Assembly: GCA_016748015.1 (NCBI GenBank) | Contig: JAAOMT010000557.1 | Location: forward strand, 186,001-250,000 | DNA: 64,000 nt | Direction: 5' to 3' | Origin: Geosiphon pyriformis uo1 | Lineage: Eukaryota; Fungi; Glomeromycota | In this document: positions 1-12,392 of the stretch, in pieces | Numbering within the stretch: position 1 is the first letter of the stretch | Layout: each line of letters begins with the position of its first letter | Notes under the pieces: generated by a model | Told to the model about the DNA's origin: nothing | The model's input: only the letters and a program-made list of their open reading frames with translations | Databases searched by the model: none | Program-made: the position numbers and the translations under genes

Positions 1-1660
1 AGAGTTTAACCGCATATCCAAAAGTCCACCCAAACTTACAGACACAGAAACAGCCTAATAATCAGTATCAAAGAATTTCCCAACATTATACACATTGCAA
101 TCCATCACAGTATTGACCAAGTTCGAAGAAACAAACAGAAAGTTGATTATTTTAGCCATACCATGAGAATTAGCCCAAGTAATTGTCTTTACAAAAGAAC
201 TTTCACTCAAGGAGTTAATCAAACCAAAATCTAAACATTTTTTGAAACTGGCACACTTATGAGAGCTATTTTTATTGAAATCACCTTTCAGAACAACAAA
301 AGAGGACTCATTTACAGCTTTAGCAATTATAAAGTTGATTTTATCAGCTTGAAAAAACTGAACTGATGAAGAAGCACCAACATAGAGCCCTAAAATTAAA
401 ACAGAAAGTTTGTTTTTGAAAAGTAGTCTGACAAAGAGAAGCCAACCAGAAACCTTGGAAATCTTACACACATGATGAGCCAAAAAAATGTCCATAATAA
501 TGGCAATACCAGAACCCAAGTTACCAGAGTCTATATCAGAAATAAAAACATGGACATCATCAAACCTATTAGCAATCCATGGACAAATTTTACTTCATAA
601 CTTGGTCTCAGTAACAATTAAAATCAAATTGCCCATATCTTTGTGCCATCGAACAATATCCTCCTGTTTTGCAGAATTGTTCATACCCCAAACATTGCAA
701 GTAGCAATTTTCCAAATTAAACTGATCATTGAGATAGAAAAAGAGCTAATGAACCCAAACTAGAACACAAAGAGTCCAATCTTGCCAATACTAAACTAAC
801 TGAAACTTCCAGAGCTATCATTTTTAATTCCAAACTATCCATCTTGGTGGTAAGTACCTTCAAACTACTCAAACTTAGTATGGAAATAGCATTATCGACC
901 ACTGGAAGAGAAGGAGAAAAGAGTACCACCACACTATTCACAGCCATATCCGAATTCAAAGCTAAGTCCAAAGGAGAAGCAACAAAAGGGGGGGAATACA
1001 AGATGGCAATAACATTGGCACCAATTCCACAAAGCTCAATTTTCTTAAAATTTCTGAAATCTGATCTGACAAAAGCTCCAAAGAGTGTTCCAAAGAAGCC
1101 ATATAATTGACCAAACCAAAATTATCAAGAAAATTGGAAGCCATTATTAAAGGTTTTGCATTTAAAAGTGAACCAGCACCAGAAGGAACTGATAAAATCA
1201 CACAAGAAGAAGAGCCACTTGCAATTTGAGCCCAAGTTTTTCCACCAAAAAACACTGGACAGACAACTGGAGCCTGCTTTTTTTATAAATATTAGCTAGA
1301 CAAATCTGATCTTAAGAAGATACCACCCACTTATAATGAACTCCAGAATTCCTACCAACTGAACATACATCAGAAATATGATCAAATTGTTTACACTTGG
1401 CACAACAAGCCAGAAAAAGACCAGCCCAGTGCAAATTTACACCCTTATAAACTGAAACAGAACTAATAGCAGCCAATTTGGATGTCTCATTATCAAAACA
1501 GACCATTGTACATTTATCATGCACATATGAACTAGGATTACGGCCAATGAAACAAGTTTTCCCACCATATGAATCCAACAAATCTGATAAATCATGAGCA
1601 GTAGTGCCCATTGGCAAAGTGTATAACAAAGCCTGATGACAATCTCTAATTATCCATAAG
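1..1660 (-). mobile_element. Non-LTR retrotransposon (LINE) fragment: 3' half of ORF1 and endonuclease part of ORF2; runs off the window start
   Basis: ORFs 1312..1629 (CAKCKQFDHISDVC CCHC knuckle), 726..1001 (coiled-coil end, LSQ*) and 55..519 (APE-like LFKNKLSVLILGLY..GDFN..TWANS) are collinear with the LINE at 2.4-9.3 kb; homology is lost near 1660. Confidence 0.88.
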
Positions 1661-1669
1661 AGTTAACCA

Positions 1670-2430
1670 TTTGAAGGCAAATATTAAATTTTTGTTAATT
1701 AAAATTAATTATTTAAATATTAACAAATTAATTTAGTTTAATTCAATAAATTTACTATAATTTTTTGTTATAATTTAATAAGTTTTAATTAGATTAATAT
1801 TATATAATTGAACTTAAACAAAATTAAAATAAATATTTTTTTGATAATTACAGCTTAATTTAAATAAGCTTTTTGTTTTTTAAGATAAATATTTATTAAA
1901 AAAATTTTTTAACAGCCAAAATTATGATTTTATTTATAAATTTTTAAATTTTAAAAGAATAATTTTTTTAAATTTATTTATTAAAAAAAACAACTTTTAA
2001 ATAATGTTAATAAATTAATATTCAAAACATAAAATTTTTTAATAAGTACTTTTATTAAAATTTTTACTATTTTAAATTTGATTTATTTTTTTTAAAACAA
2101 TAATACAATATAAAAAAAGAATTATCTTCTTATTTTTTATATTAAAATTAAGCATACTTAAAAAAACTTTATTTTATTTACCAATATTTACTTTTTTTGT
2201 TTTAAAAATATTTATTTAAAAGTTTAAAAAACTTATATTTTTCTTATTTATATTATATTTATTAAAAGCTGTTAAAAAATTTTTTTTTTTTTTTTGTTAA
2301 ATTAGTATTTATATTTTTAATTCAATTAAAATTAATATTATTTAAAAATAATTTTATTTTTAAATTCATTTTATTATTTGAATATTTAATATTATTAATG
2401 AAAACTTTTAGTTTTTATAATAAGTTAATT
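1670..2430. other. Extreme AT-rich low-complexity tract
   Basis: Almost only A/T and no ORFs in the track; lies between two divergent LINE copies. Confidence 0.8.
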
Positions 2431-2567
2431 AACCATAATCTTTTTTCTCTTGTCAATCTTCTGACCATGACAAGAGCATTTGTACTGCCAAAGATTTAGC
2501 TTTTCTTTTTCTCCTTCCCTTCTTGTTACCTGTAGTTATTTTTTCTGACATAACTAATTTTGTTGTG

Positions 2568-4530
2568 ATGAAACCAGTGGGCTCTTCTGTTGGTAGTTTT
2601 GGTTCTGGTTTAACTGGGTTGGAATCCCGGTCTGCTGCTAAAAAAAAAGCACACATTAAAAGTATCTACATTCGAGGCCCCTCATACAAAAAATTGAAAA
2701 AGCCTGATATTGCTGGCATCATAGTGGATTCATCAGCTGGACCTTTTTCTAGCCATGTTTTGCAGACAGACTGTGGTAAATACAAGGTGTCTTAGGGCAG
2801 TAAGGTAGAAAGTGAGGATACCAGTGTTAGTGGGGTGTCTGATGTTGAGAACATAGACAATATGATGACCAAAAAGACAAGTTATATAGACTTCAACACT
2901 TCTGAGACTGATAACATAGTAGATGATACAACTCCTAGAAAGATGTAAATGAAAATCTATGTGTTAGGACAGCTGCCAAAAAAACCATTCTTTAAAAACT
3001 TGAGTGATGATAATGCTGAGTTGGTACTTCCTAATTCTAAATTTGCTGGGTCTAATTGGCTGCTGTTAACCAAATCATGTGCCCTGGAAAGACATAGCTT
3101 TAAACCAATTAAATCTTTTGTATTGGACGTGAATTTGACTGTTGTGCCTGGAATAACTAATAGCAATAAATTAATTTCTGTTAAAAAGATTTTTTATAAA
3201 ATTGATGGTTTTAGGGGGGCTTCCACTCCCTCAAAGTTTTTTGGAATCATCAGATCCTCCTTTATGTCTGAATTGAGTCTGAAGAAGGCTAAAGAATTGG
3301 CAATCCGTGAGAAAATTGTGGTGAATGATGATATTAAACAAGTAAACAAATGCATGAATCAGGAAGTAATAGTCAAGAAGATTCCAGTCAATTTTCTTAA
3401 ATCAGCCATAGAATCAGTTTTTTCCAAGTTTGGTGAGGTGGTTTCTGTTAGGATGCAATTAATTGGGCTTTGGCAGAAAGCCTTGGTTGAATTTAAATCA
3501 ATAGATGTTGCCAGTTTGGTTGCATCTAAATGGTCAGTTTTCATGGAAAAAGATTTGGTGCATGTGGCCTTGGCAGTAAATAATAAAGTTTCATGGATAT
3601 TGAGGGATCAGCATCAAGCTTTGCTTTACACTCTTCCTGTTAGTACTACTGCTCATAATTTGTCAGGTCTGTTGGAATCATATGGTGGGAGAACTTGTTT
3701 TATTGGTTGCAATCTGAATTCATATGTTCATAACAGATGTGCAGTGATCTGTTTTAAGAATGAGGCTTCCAAATTGGCTGCTATTGGTTCTGTTCCAGTT
3801 TATAAGAGTGTAAATTTGTGCTGGACTGGTCTTTTTCTGGCTTGTTGTACCAAGTGTAAACAATTAGATCATATCTCTACAGTGTGTTCATTGGGTGAGA
3901 ATTCTGGGTGCTCATAGTAAGCAGATAGTAACTCCTCAGAATCAAGTTTGTTTGGCCAACATATATAAAAAGAAACAGGTACCAATCATTCGCCCAGTTT
4001 CTTTTAATGAGAAAACTTGGACACAAGTTACTGGTAGTTCTTTCTCTCATGTGGTTTTGTCGGGACTTTTTGGTACTGGTTCATTTTCAGATGCTAAATC
4101 TGTCTTGTTAGTTTCTAACTTCCTTGGTAATTCCTGCTTGGTTGATTAATTGGTTTCTCTGAAATGCTTTTTAGAGCTTTTGATGGACCAGGTTTCGGTT
4201 ATTATAAAAAAATTGAGCTTTATGGAATTGGTGCCTTTAGTGTCTGATTCTCATGTCTCTTTTCTGGTTGTTCTTGCACCTGTAGTGTCTAATTTGGACT
4301 CAGAAATGGCTTTAGATAATACACTGGCATCTCCTCCTTCCTCTCTTTCAATTGTTGTTGCAGACTTGGTTGCTAACCTCAGTTCAAGTTGTTCTAAAGT
4401 TTTGACCACCAAGATGGGTGAATTAGAATCCAAGATGGTGGCTTTAGAGATGTCAATTAAATCTGTCTTGGAAAGATTGAATCATTTGTGTTCTGGTTTG
4501 GGATCATTTACTTCTTTTTCTCTCCAATGA
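2568..4530 (+). pseudogene. LINE ORF1 (RRM-like region, CCHC zinc knuckle, C-terminal coiled coil), disrupted
   Basis: VIVKKIPVN..IESVFSKFGEVVSVRMQL...ALVEF (RRM-like), CTKCKQLDHISTVC, LESKMVALEMSIKSVLERL; broken by stops and a frameshift. Confidence 0.85.
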
Positions 4531-7500
4531 GTGATTTTGTTTGAAAATTTGCAACATGTAATGTTTGTGGTATGAATGTCTCTGCCAAGCAGAAGAACAT
4601 TATTTGTTGGCATAAAGATTCTGGAAATTTGGTTTTGATAATTACTGAGATAAAGCTGAGGTTTAGTTGTAAGCTCTGAATTAAGAATAAGTTTGATGGA
4701 GTCAAAGTTTTTTTATCTGAGTTGGATAAGGGATTTCTTGGTACTGGTGTTGCAATCATTATGAACACTTCTTTAGCTCATTATGTTTGTAAGATTTCTG
4801 AAGTGTTTGGTCAGCTTCTTTCAGTCAAGCTGTTGTTCAAAAATAAACTTTCTGTGTCAATTTTGGGGCTCTATGCTGGAGTGTCCTTGGCTGTTTATTT
4901 CTCTCAGGCTAATGATGTCAATTTTGTAATAGCAAAGACAGTTAATAAATTTTTATTTGTGGTTTTGGGTGGTAACTTCAATAAGAACAGCTCTTGATGG
5001 TGTGCTAGTTTCAAAAAGTGTCTGGATCTTGGTTTGGTCAATTCCTTGGGTAGAAGTTCTTTTGTCAAAATGTCCACATGGGCTAACTCTTAGAGCATGG
5101 CTAAGATTATTGATTTCTTGTTTGTTTCTGCAAACTTAGTTAATGCTGTAGTAGATTGTGTAGTGTGTAATGTTGGTGAATTTTTTAATACTGATTATTG
5201 AGCTGTTTTTATATCAGTAGGTTTGGGTAGACTTTTGGATGTGCAGTTAAACTCTCTTCATAAGCAGGATAATAAAAATTGTTGGAAGTTTAATTTCAAG
5301 GGTGCTGATAACAATAGGTGGAAAAATTTTAAAAATGCCACATTGGCCAATGCTGAGATGTTCTTTAACAAATTTACTGTTACTGTCAAGTTCTCAGATC
5401 TGGATGCCATGTGAGATGTTTTATGCAGGATAGTGGTCCTTTCTGCAAATAAGATATTTAGAAAGAAATGGTTTAAAAATTTTGATAGTGTTTTCACCAA
5501 AGTTTTTTCAAAGATTCATAAATTGGAGCTTTTGGTTTCGAAGATTGTCAAGGCCTTTCATAAGGGTGATTTTGGTGGTTTTGTCTTTCTTATGAAGTGT
5601 TGGAACTCTTTAAACAGTATCAAAGCCTCAATTGTTCAGGACCTTATTAACTCTAATGCAACCTCTAGTCATGTTTATTCTGCTCTTTCTGGCATAAGAA
5701 AGTTTTATTGTGCATTTAAGCTTGCTAAATTTTTGGCAACTAAGGAAATGAACATTAGAGCTGCTATAAATAAGAGAATAAAAAGCTTCGAGACAAATAA
5801 GGATCATACTATCAGGAGTGTTTTGGAGCATCCTTTTCACAAAGTGGTTCTGGACCATTTGGTTGTTGAAAATGAGCTTATTTTGAAGCCCAATTTGGTT
5901 AAATTTAAGATGTACATTATTATGGAAGGTTAGACCAGAAAGCATGGTGTGGTTGCTAATGTCTTTGATGTTTGGTCTCATCAATATTGACCATTGGATT
6001 ACATTTTTGATGAAGTTTTTTCTGGTGTAATGCGTTCAGTTGAGCTTAATAAGCTGTTTGATGTGATTTTCAATCTGCTTGATGACAAAGTTATTGGTCT
6101 CTCAAGTATTACAAACAAGCTTTGGAAACATTGTGACAAGTCAATTCTGAATATGCTTTTAGTGCTTTTGAACTTTTGTTTGTCTTTCAAATCAGTGCTC
6201 AGACCTTAGGTAGAAGCTTGGGTCTCAATGATTCTTAAACCATATAAATGGGAAGGTGTTCTCACAAATACCCACCCTATTGCTTTAATCGAAACAGCTT
6301 GTAAGATCTTTTCCAAGATTCTTTCTAATAGAATCTTTTTGGCATGCAGCTCTTTTGATGTTCTTCATAGGAACAATTTTTCAGTTTTAAAAGGTACAAC
6401 AACTCAGTCTCCTATTTTTGCAGTTAGATCAGTGGTTGAAGATATGTTAGAAAAGAATTGAAAACTCTGGTTGGTTTTGCAGGATATACGAAAAGCATAT
6501 AATTCAGTTGGCTAGAAACATCTCAAGAAAAGTTTGGTCAGGATCAAGATGTGTGGTAAGTTTATTCGGTTTTTCAGTAGTATTCATAAAAATTGTACCA
6601 ACAGAGTGATAAAAGACTTTGGGCTGACAAATAATTATTGTGTGCATGATGATTTGGACCAAGAGGAGGTTTTTTTTCTCTCCTGTGGAATGTATTTTAT
6701 GATCCTTTACTATGCAAAATTAAGAGACAGGAAAGCATGTATGGTTATAGGTTAAATTCTTATTTTATTTTAAGGAATGGTCATGTTGAGTCCTGGGCTG
6801 GGCTCTCTTCCTTTTTTGTTGCTGGTGTTTTCATTGATAATACAATTTGAGTTGGTAGTAGTCAGATAGCTACTCAATACATTCTAAATGTTGCAAGTAA
6901 ATTTTTTAGGATAAATAATATTTTTATCAATAATGACAAAACAGTGGTCATTCTTATCAATAGCAGAGTCAATGCTCTTTCTCTGTCTATCAGTGGCTTG
7001 CTGATCTCTATTGCCAAAAAGAGTGAATCTTATCAATATTTGGGTATTTTTCATTCGACTAAAGGTCTCTCAAAGCTTAGTTTGGTGAAGACAAATTTGA
7101 ACGTTTGTTTTTTTACTAACCTGGTCTTGAAAAAAGCTGTCTTAGATAAACAGTTCTTATATTTGGTGTTGGCAGTTTTTCATTCTATAGTTAGTTATAG
7201 GATTCAGTTCAGCTTTGTTCTCATTAGTACATGTAATAAGTAAGATGCCTTGGTTTATGGGGGTTTGAAGTTTAAATCTGGCCTACCTCTTGATTTTCCT
7301 AGTGATACAGTTCATTACCCTTCCTTTTATGGTTTAAATCTTTCTTTCAAGTTCAGTTTGAGAGCAAGGTGATCTTTTTTATTAGTTTTACAAATTTGAG
7401 TGGTGTTCTGGGACATTTGTTCTCTCACAGATCTCATGACTTATAGATTCTGTGCTGGTGCCCTGTTCATTCATTGAGTTCTCCTGTGCATATTTGTGTC

Positions 7501-9213
7501 AGTTCTTCCAATAACTTTCTGGCAGGCATGGTTCGCATTTTTCTTGATTGCAATTTGTCCTTGGGTGGCTCTTTGGCCAATTTCTTTTGGTTTCATGATG
7601 GAGTCTCTATGTCTGCTGTTCTGAATGAGTCACAGTTTCTCAGATTTTTTTCTTTTCTCCAACAGTATGGTGTGGTCTTTGTGAATTAACTTCGTGATTA
7701 TCATGGTTTTGTCTTTAATTGGCATACCTTTAAGCATTGGAAAAGATTAAACCTTTGTGGTTCTGTTCCTGAGTGGTTTAAGCTTTCTGTTGTGTTTCTT
7801 GATGGTAAAGGTTTCTCTTTTATTTGTTCCTCAGTTTTGGATAAAGTTTGTTTTTTAAACATTTTTGAATCTAGTGATTTTGTTTCTGTCTGTGATCGTC
7901 TTTTGCAAGTTAGTGCCGACAGTTTGTCAGTATATACAGATGGGTCCCTTAGTAATCTGAGCACAGTTGGTTATAGAGCTGGCACTGCTGCATTTTTTGA
8001 GGACATTGATTTGGGTTTAGGCATCAGTATGTCAGGTTTGATGTCATCCACTTTGGCGGAGTTGCAGGCTATTGCACTGGCTCTGGAGTGTGTTCTCTTA
8101 TTGAGCTTTGTTAAACTGTTTTCAGATAGTCAATTTGCTCTGGATGCCTGTAAGTCTGAATTAGGTCTGGCATGTCCCAACTTTCATAATCAGTGTTGGG
8201 TTAAATGTCATTATATTGTCAATGTTATTTACAGTAAGAATTTAAAGATCAGCTGGCATAAGATTAAAGACCACTCTGGCATTTCAAAGAATGAGCATGC
8301 TGACATAATTGCTGGTGATGCTTCTCTTTCTGGTTAGTATCTTTTTCATTACTTGGGTGAATGCTTCATAGTGGCTAATGGTAGTGTGGTTTTTGGCAAC
8401 TTCAGATATTTTGTACATGATATTTATTATTCAGTTTGTTGTATGCATTGGAAGATTGGTTTTGGTTCAAAGTTTTTGGCAGGCAATTTGCTTTCTGAGA
8501 TTGACTGGCTCTATTTATCTTTGGTTTGGCACTCTGACTTATATATGGCTGCTGGTTTTACCAGCAGACTCTCAGCTAATGCTTGCTCTTATTTCATGAA
8601 AACTTTACACTACTGGCTGCCAGTTGCTGTTCAGAAGTGTCTTTATAATAGACTATATCCGAGTGTGTTGTGTTTATATTGTGGCAATGTAAAGGCATCG
8701 GATCATGTGTTCTCTTACAAGATTGATAACTCTGTCCGATGTCAGTTGTTGAAATTCTATGTGGACTCCTGGAAGGCAATCTCTGGTTTTTTTTACTCTT
8801 CTTCGAACATATTACAAATGTTGTCTTTATGTGTTTCTGACTCCTCTTTGGCCATAGCTCTTTATAAGAGTTTCGTTTTTAATGATTGGTTTTATGAGGC
8901 GGTCACCATCTTTCATGATTCCAAAGTTGCTGGTTTGGAGATTGTCAAATTTGTGCACTCTTTTAGTCTTGATTTTAGGAATAATGTCTAGTCAGTTCGT
9001 GTTAAACATTGTGCTTATATAGAGAAAAATAGGTTGATTCTCCTTAATGGTTCAGTTCTTATCTTGGTTTCTAGTTCAGCCTCTGGGTTGTTGGCTGGAA
9101 TGATCAAATTGCTTGGCATTGCCAATGCTTTTAGTGTTTGTTTTGGCTTTTGCAAATCTTGTTTGTTTTTTTTAGGTATAAGTGACTCAGTTTTAGTTTA
9201 CATAGCTGTATAG
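4527..9213 (+). pseudogene. LINE ORF2 (apurinic endonuclease, reverse transcriptase, RNase H, C-terminal Zn finger), disrupted
   Basis: ATG 4527 then ATCNVCGMN (APE N-terminus); HPIALIETACKIFSKIL and LQDIRKAY (RT); GVFIDN (FVDD in other copies); VYTDGS, AELQAIALALE, LFSDSQ, DHSG..NEHAD (RNase H); CLYCG..DHVFS. Confidence 0.9.
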
Positions 9214-9326
9214 TGTTGTTCTGATCAGTCCAAATGGCTGGTCACATGTAAAAAGTGCATGATTTACACCTAGTTTAGATTATTTCTTTGATATATAGCA
9301 CTAGGTAGTGTTTGGACCTCATTCGT
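9214..9326 (+). other. Conserved structured LINE 3' tail (also at ~18321-18434, 52382-52453 joined to 52990-53042, 52857-52970, 62206-62322, ~62832-62946)
   Basis: Manual alignment of six copies; hairpin TGATCAGTC-CAAAT-GGCTGGTCA, CCTAG...CTAGG stem, terminal CAYTCRTWAA. Confidence 0.75.
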
Positions 9327-9360
9327 AAAGCAATAAAAAATAATAATAATAATAATAAGT

Positions 9361-10800
9361 TATTATTAAAACCAAAAATAATATTTTTAACAAATTTTTT
9401 TTTATTATATTATTATTTATAATAGTTGTTAAATTTATTATAAAAAAATTTATGTTTTAATAATAATAAAAAATATAATAAAAAAAACAAAAACTTTTTT
9501 ATGAATTTTTTTTTCTTTAAAAAATTTTAAATATAAGAAAAAAAAGTTTTTTTTAAAATATATTCTGTTTTATTTTTTAATTTTAATTTATTATTAAAAT
9601 TATATTATTATTATTTTTAAGTTTAAAAATGTTTTTAATACTATTATAATTAAAATTAATATTTTAAGAAGAAATTATATTAAATAAAAAACTTTTAATT
9701 ATGTAATTAATTTTATTAATTTATATAAAATTTGTATTAAGTTTTACATTTAAAATAATTAATAAATTTATTTATTTAATGTTTTATGTTAAAATTATTG
9801 TTTTTTTGTGTTTTATTATTTAATTTTTTAATATTATTGAAATTTTAATTTTAAAAATTGTTTTAACTAATTGAATTTATAATTAAACTTATTAATTTTT
9901 TGGTAATTTTAGTTAATTTATTGCTTTTTATTAAAAATAAACTAAATATTAAAACATATTTTTTATTTGTAAAAATTTAAATTAAGTTTTTTATTAAAAT
10001 ATTAAAAAAAATAAAAGTTATTTATTAAGTATTAAGTATTAATATAAATAATATTAATTTAAGGATTTAATATTTTTTAAAAGTTGTTTAATTTTAAATT
10101 TAATATTAAAAACCAGAATTTAAATAAGTAAATTTAGTTTAAAAACTAAAAATTTATATTATTTTATAAATAAAGTAAGTAAATTAGAATTGTTTTTTAT
10201 ATAATAATAAAATATATTTAATATATATTTATATAGTAATATTATAAATTTGAATTTTTAATATTTATAAATATGAATTTTTTGGTATTTAAAAAAATTT
10301 TATTAATAATTTCTGATTATAATATTAATATTAATAATTTTGTTAATTTAAAAATTTAAAGATTAATTTTATAAAGTTTTATTAACTTTTAACAAATATA
10401 AAATAGTTTTTTTTATAAATAATATTGATTTTTTGTTTTTATAAAAATTGATAATAATAGTTTTTTGTTATGTTTGTTTTATAAAAATTTTTAAAGTATT
10501 TTTATGTTTTTAATTATATCTTTTTTTATGGCTTTTATAAATATATTTTTAATATTATATTAAATTTTTAAATAATTATCTTTGTTTGTAATATAAGTAA
10601 TAAAGCTTTTTAAAAAATAAAAAATAAAAAAACCAAAAAAAACCACAAAAAAATTAATAACTTGTAAATAATTTTGATCAAAAATTATTTTTTTAAGTTA
10701 TAAAAATTTTTTCTAGATTTTAGAGTTGACTAAAAATATTGGCCAAAAATAAGTAATTTTAATAATTTAATTGTAAATTTATTGATAATTTGTATTTTGG
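9361..10800. other. Extreme AT-rich low-complexity tract
   Basis: About 1.4 kb nearly without G/C and without ORFs; separates the LINE from the gene island. Confidence 0.8.
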
Positions 10801-11203
10801 TAAAATGAAATAACAATTTTTATTTTTCAATGTAAACAAATTTCAAAGCTAGTTGTTTTATTGGAATTTTGAACCAAGAATAATAGAGAAAATGTTATAA
10901 TTAATGATTGGCTAATTTATGATGCTAAATTCTGTCGGTATGTGTAAAAAGTGAATTATAGCTAAAATATAAATAAATTAAAAAACAATTAATAGATTTA
11001 GATTTTGTAGTTTTTAGATTCAGATATTAAATTTAAACTAAACCAAAATGTTAATTTAGAAAAAACATCTATTTATAAAATATGCATTTAAATTTGTATT
11101 ATTTAAATATTCTAAGAATACTAAAATAAATATCTTACCAACATTGAAATTTTTAATTCTAAATTCGAGGAAACTATAGTGACGAGAAAAGTTCCATTCT
11201 ACT

Positions 11204-12240
11204 ATGAAAGCCAAAAGACAGGATAAAGAATCTGTTGACGAAACGCAGAACATTTTGAAGAAGAAGCAAAAACGTAATATTAAAAAGAAAGAGAAAAAAA
11301 GAAAGTACAAAGAGGCCGAAATAGCTAAGTTGGAAAAAAGTGTTGCTTCTGTTACTTTTACAGGTGAATCTTATTTACTCATTGAGGGGAAGGTGCCTTT
11401 TACTTCAGAAAGGGTTGTATCAAACCCGTTTAAATCTGACGTTTAAAATTTGTATTTAAGCAGAGCTAGAACAAGCGGTCAGTCATTCTGAAAATGACAA
11501 GCCAAATCTCCATTGCCCAAAGAATCCTTTCGTTAACCCAACTAAAGAAACAAATATTGATTTCCCACAAAGGCCAATCGTTCGCCTAAAAAACGAGGAG
11601 GCACTTATAAATTACCTACCAATCCCAGTTTCTTCCACCCCTTCCGCTCAACATTCATTACAACCAAAATGGTCTTTTCATGATATCGTTTCATCTCTGT
11701 CAACAGTGGCTCCTTTACCATCCAGTATTGCCAAATATCTTTTTATGAATGAGCAATTGAAAGGTGTTGATCATGGTAGATTAAATCCAAAGGTAATTCA
11801 TCAATTATTTTTAGTGTTCTACGATGTAAATTAATCAACCGTGTATCTTCGATTGGAAAGTGCTCTTTAGAAAAAGAATTAGATAGAGCAGTGGAAAATG
11901 GGGATCTGGCCTTAGCAGGTAAATTAAGTGAAGAGATTTCACAGAGACATTATGAACAGAAAGTACATGAAGCTATCGAGCGAAAAGAGTTTGCTGAAGC
12001 TAGACAGGTACTATTTCTTATTTTATCATTGATTAAATTTATGATTCCAATAATTTAAATTATTTTCTTTGACTTAAGCGGGAGGAAAAGGCACGTGCAA
12101 ATAAGAAACAAAAATTAAAGTGGGGGTGAGTAGTTTTCCAATTTTGCAGTTTTTATATGTTGTCGACAAGATTATTCACCGTTTTGACTTCAAATAGTTT
12201 TGAGACCAAACAACGATGGGAGACCAAAAGCAACATGTAG
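11204..12240 (+). CDS. FAM204A: FAM204A-family protein, 5 exons (11204-11363, 11461-11792, 11861-12007, 12079-12125, 12198-12240)
   Basis: GT-AG introns give an open frame ending SLEKELDRAVENGDLALAGKLSEEI...KKQKLKWGFETKQRWETKSNM*, matching the FAM204A C-terminal signature (LxWGFExKxRWETKSNM). Confidence 0.85.
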
Positions 12241-12392
12241 CTATTAGAAAGTGAGATCTTAAAATGCCAAAGTATCTATCAATGGCTTACATGAAATTTA
12301 ATAACCAAATATGTCTCGCTAATTGGAAGTCTCATTAGATCGAAATTCAAACATTAAACAAAAGAAAAATCCATTGTTTTATATATCCAATG

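Larger units (their letters stand above)
2440..9360 (+). mobile_element. Full-length degenerate LINE (ORF1 + APE-RT-RNaseH-CCHC ORF2), ~6.9 kb
   Basis: 5' hairpin 2447-2476, collinear ORF1 and ORF2 fragments, conserved 3' tail 9214-9326, then an A/(TAA)n tail. Confidence 0.93.

Noticed and set aside
488-1110. Numerous short antisense ORFs over LINE and LTR coding regions (here and throughout the window)
   Set aside because: They are shadow ORFs opposite recognisable TE domains and have no independent motifs
2447-2520. Hammerhead or HDV-like ribozyme at the LINE 5' end
   Set aside because: No CUGANGA/GAAA core or nested double pseudoknot could be built by eye; only a hairpin is supported
2418-9370. 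Target-site duplication (TAATAAGTTA) around the 2.4-9.3 kb LINE
   Set aside because: The match is in very AT-rich sequence and not flush with the 5' boundary, so it could be chance
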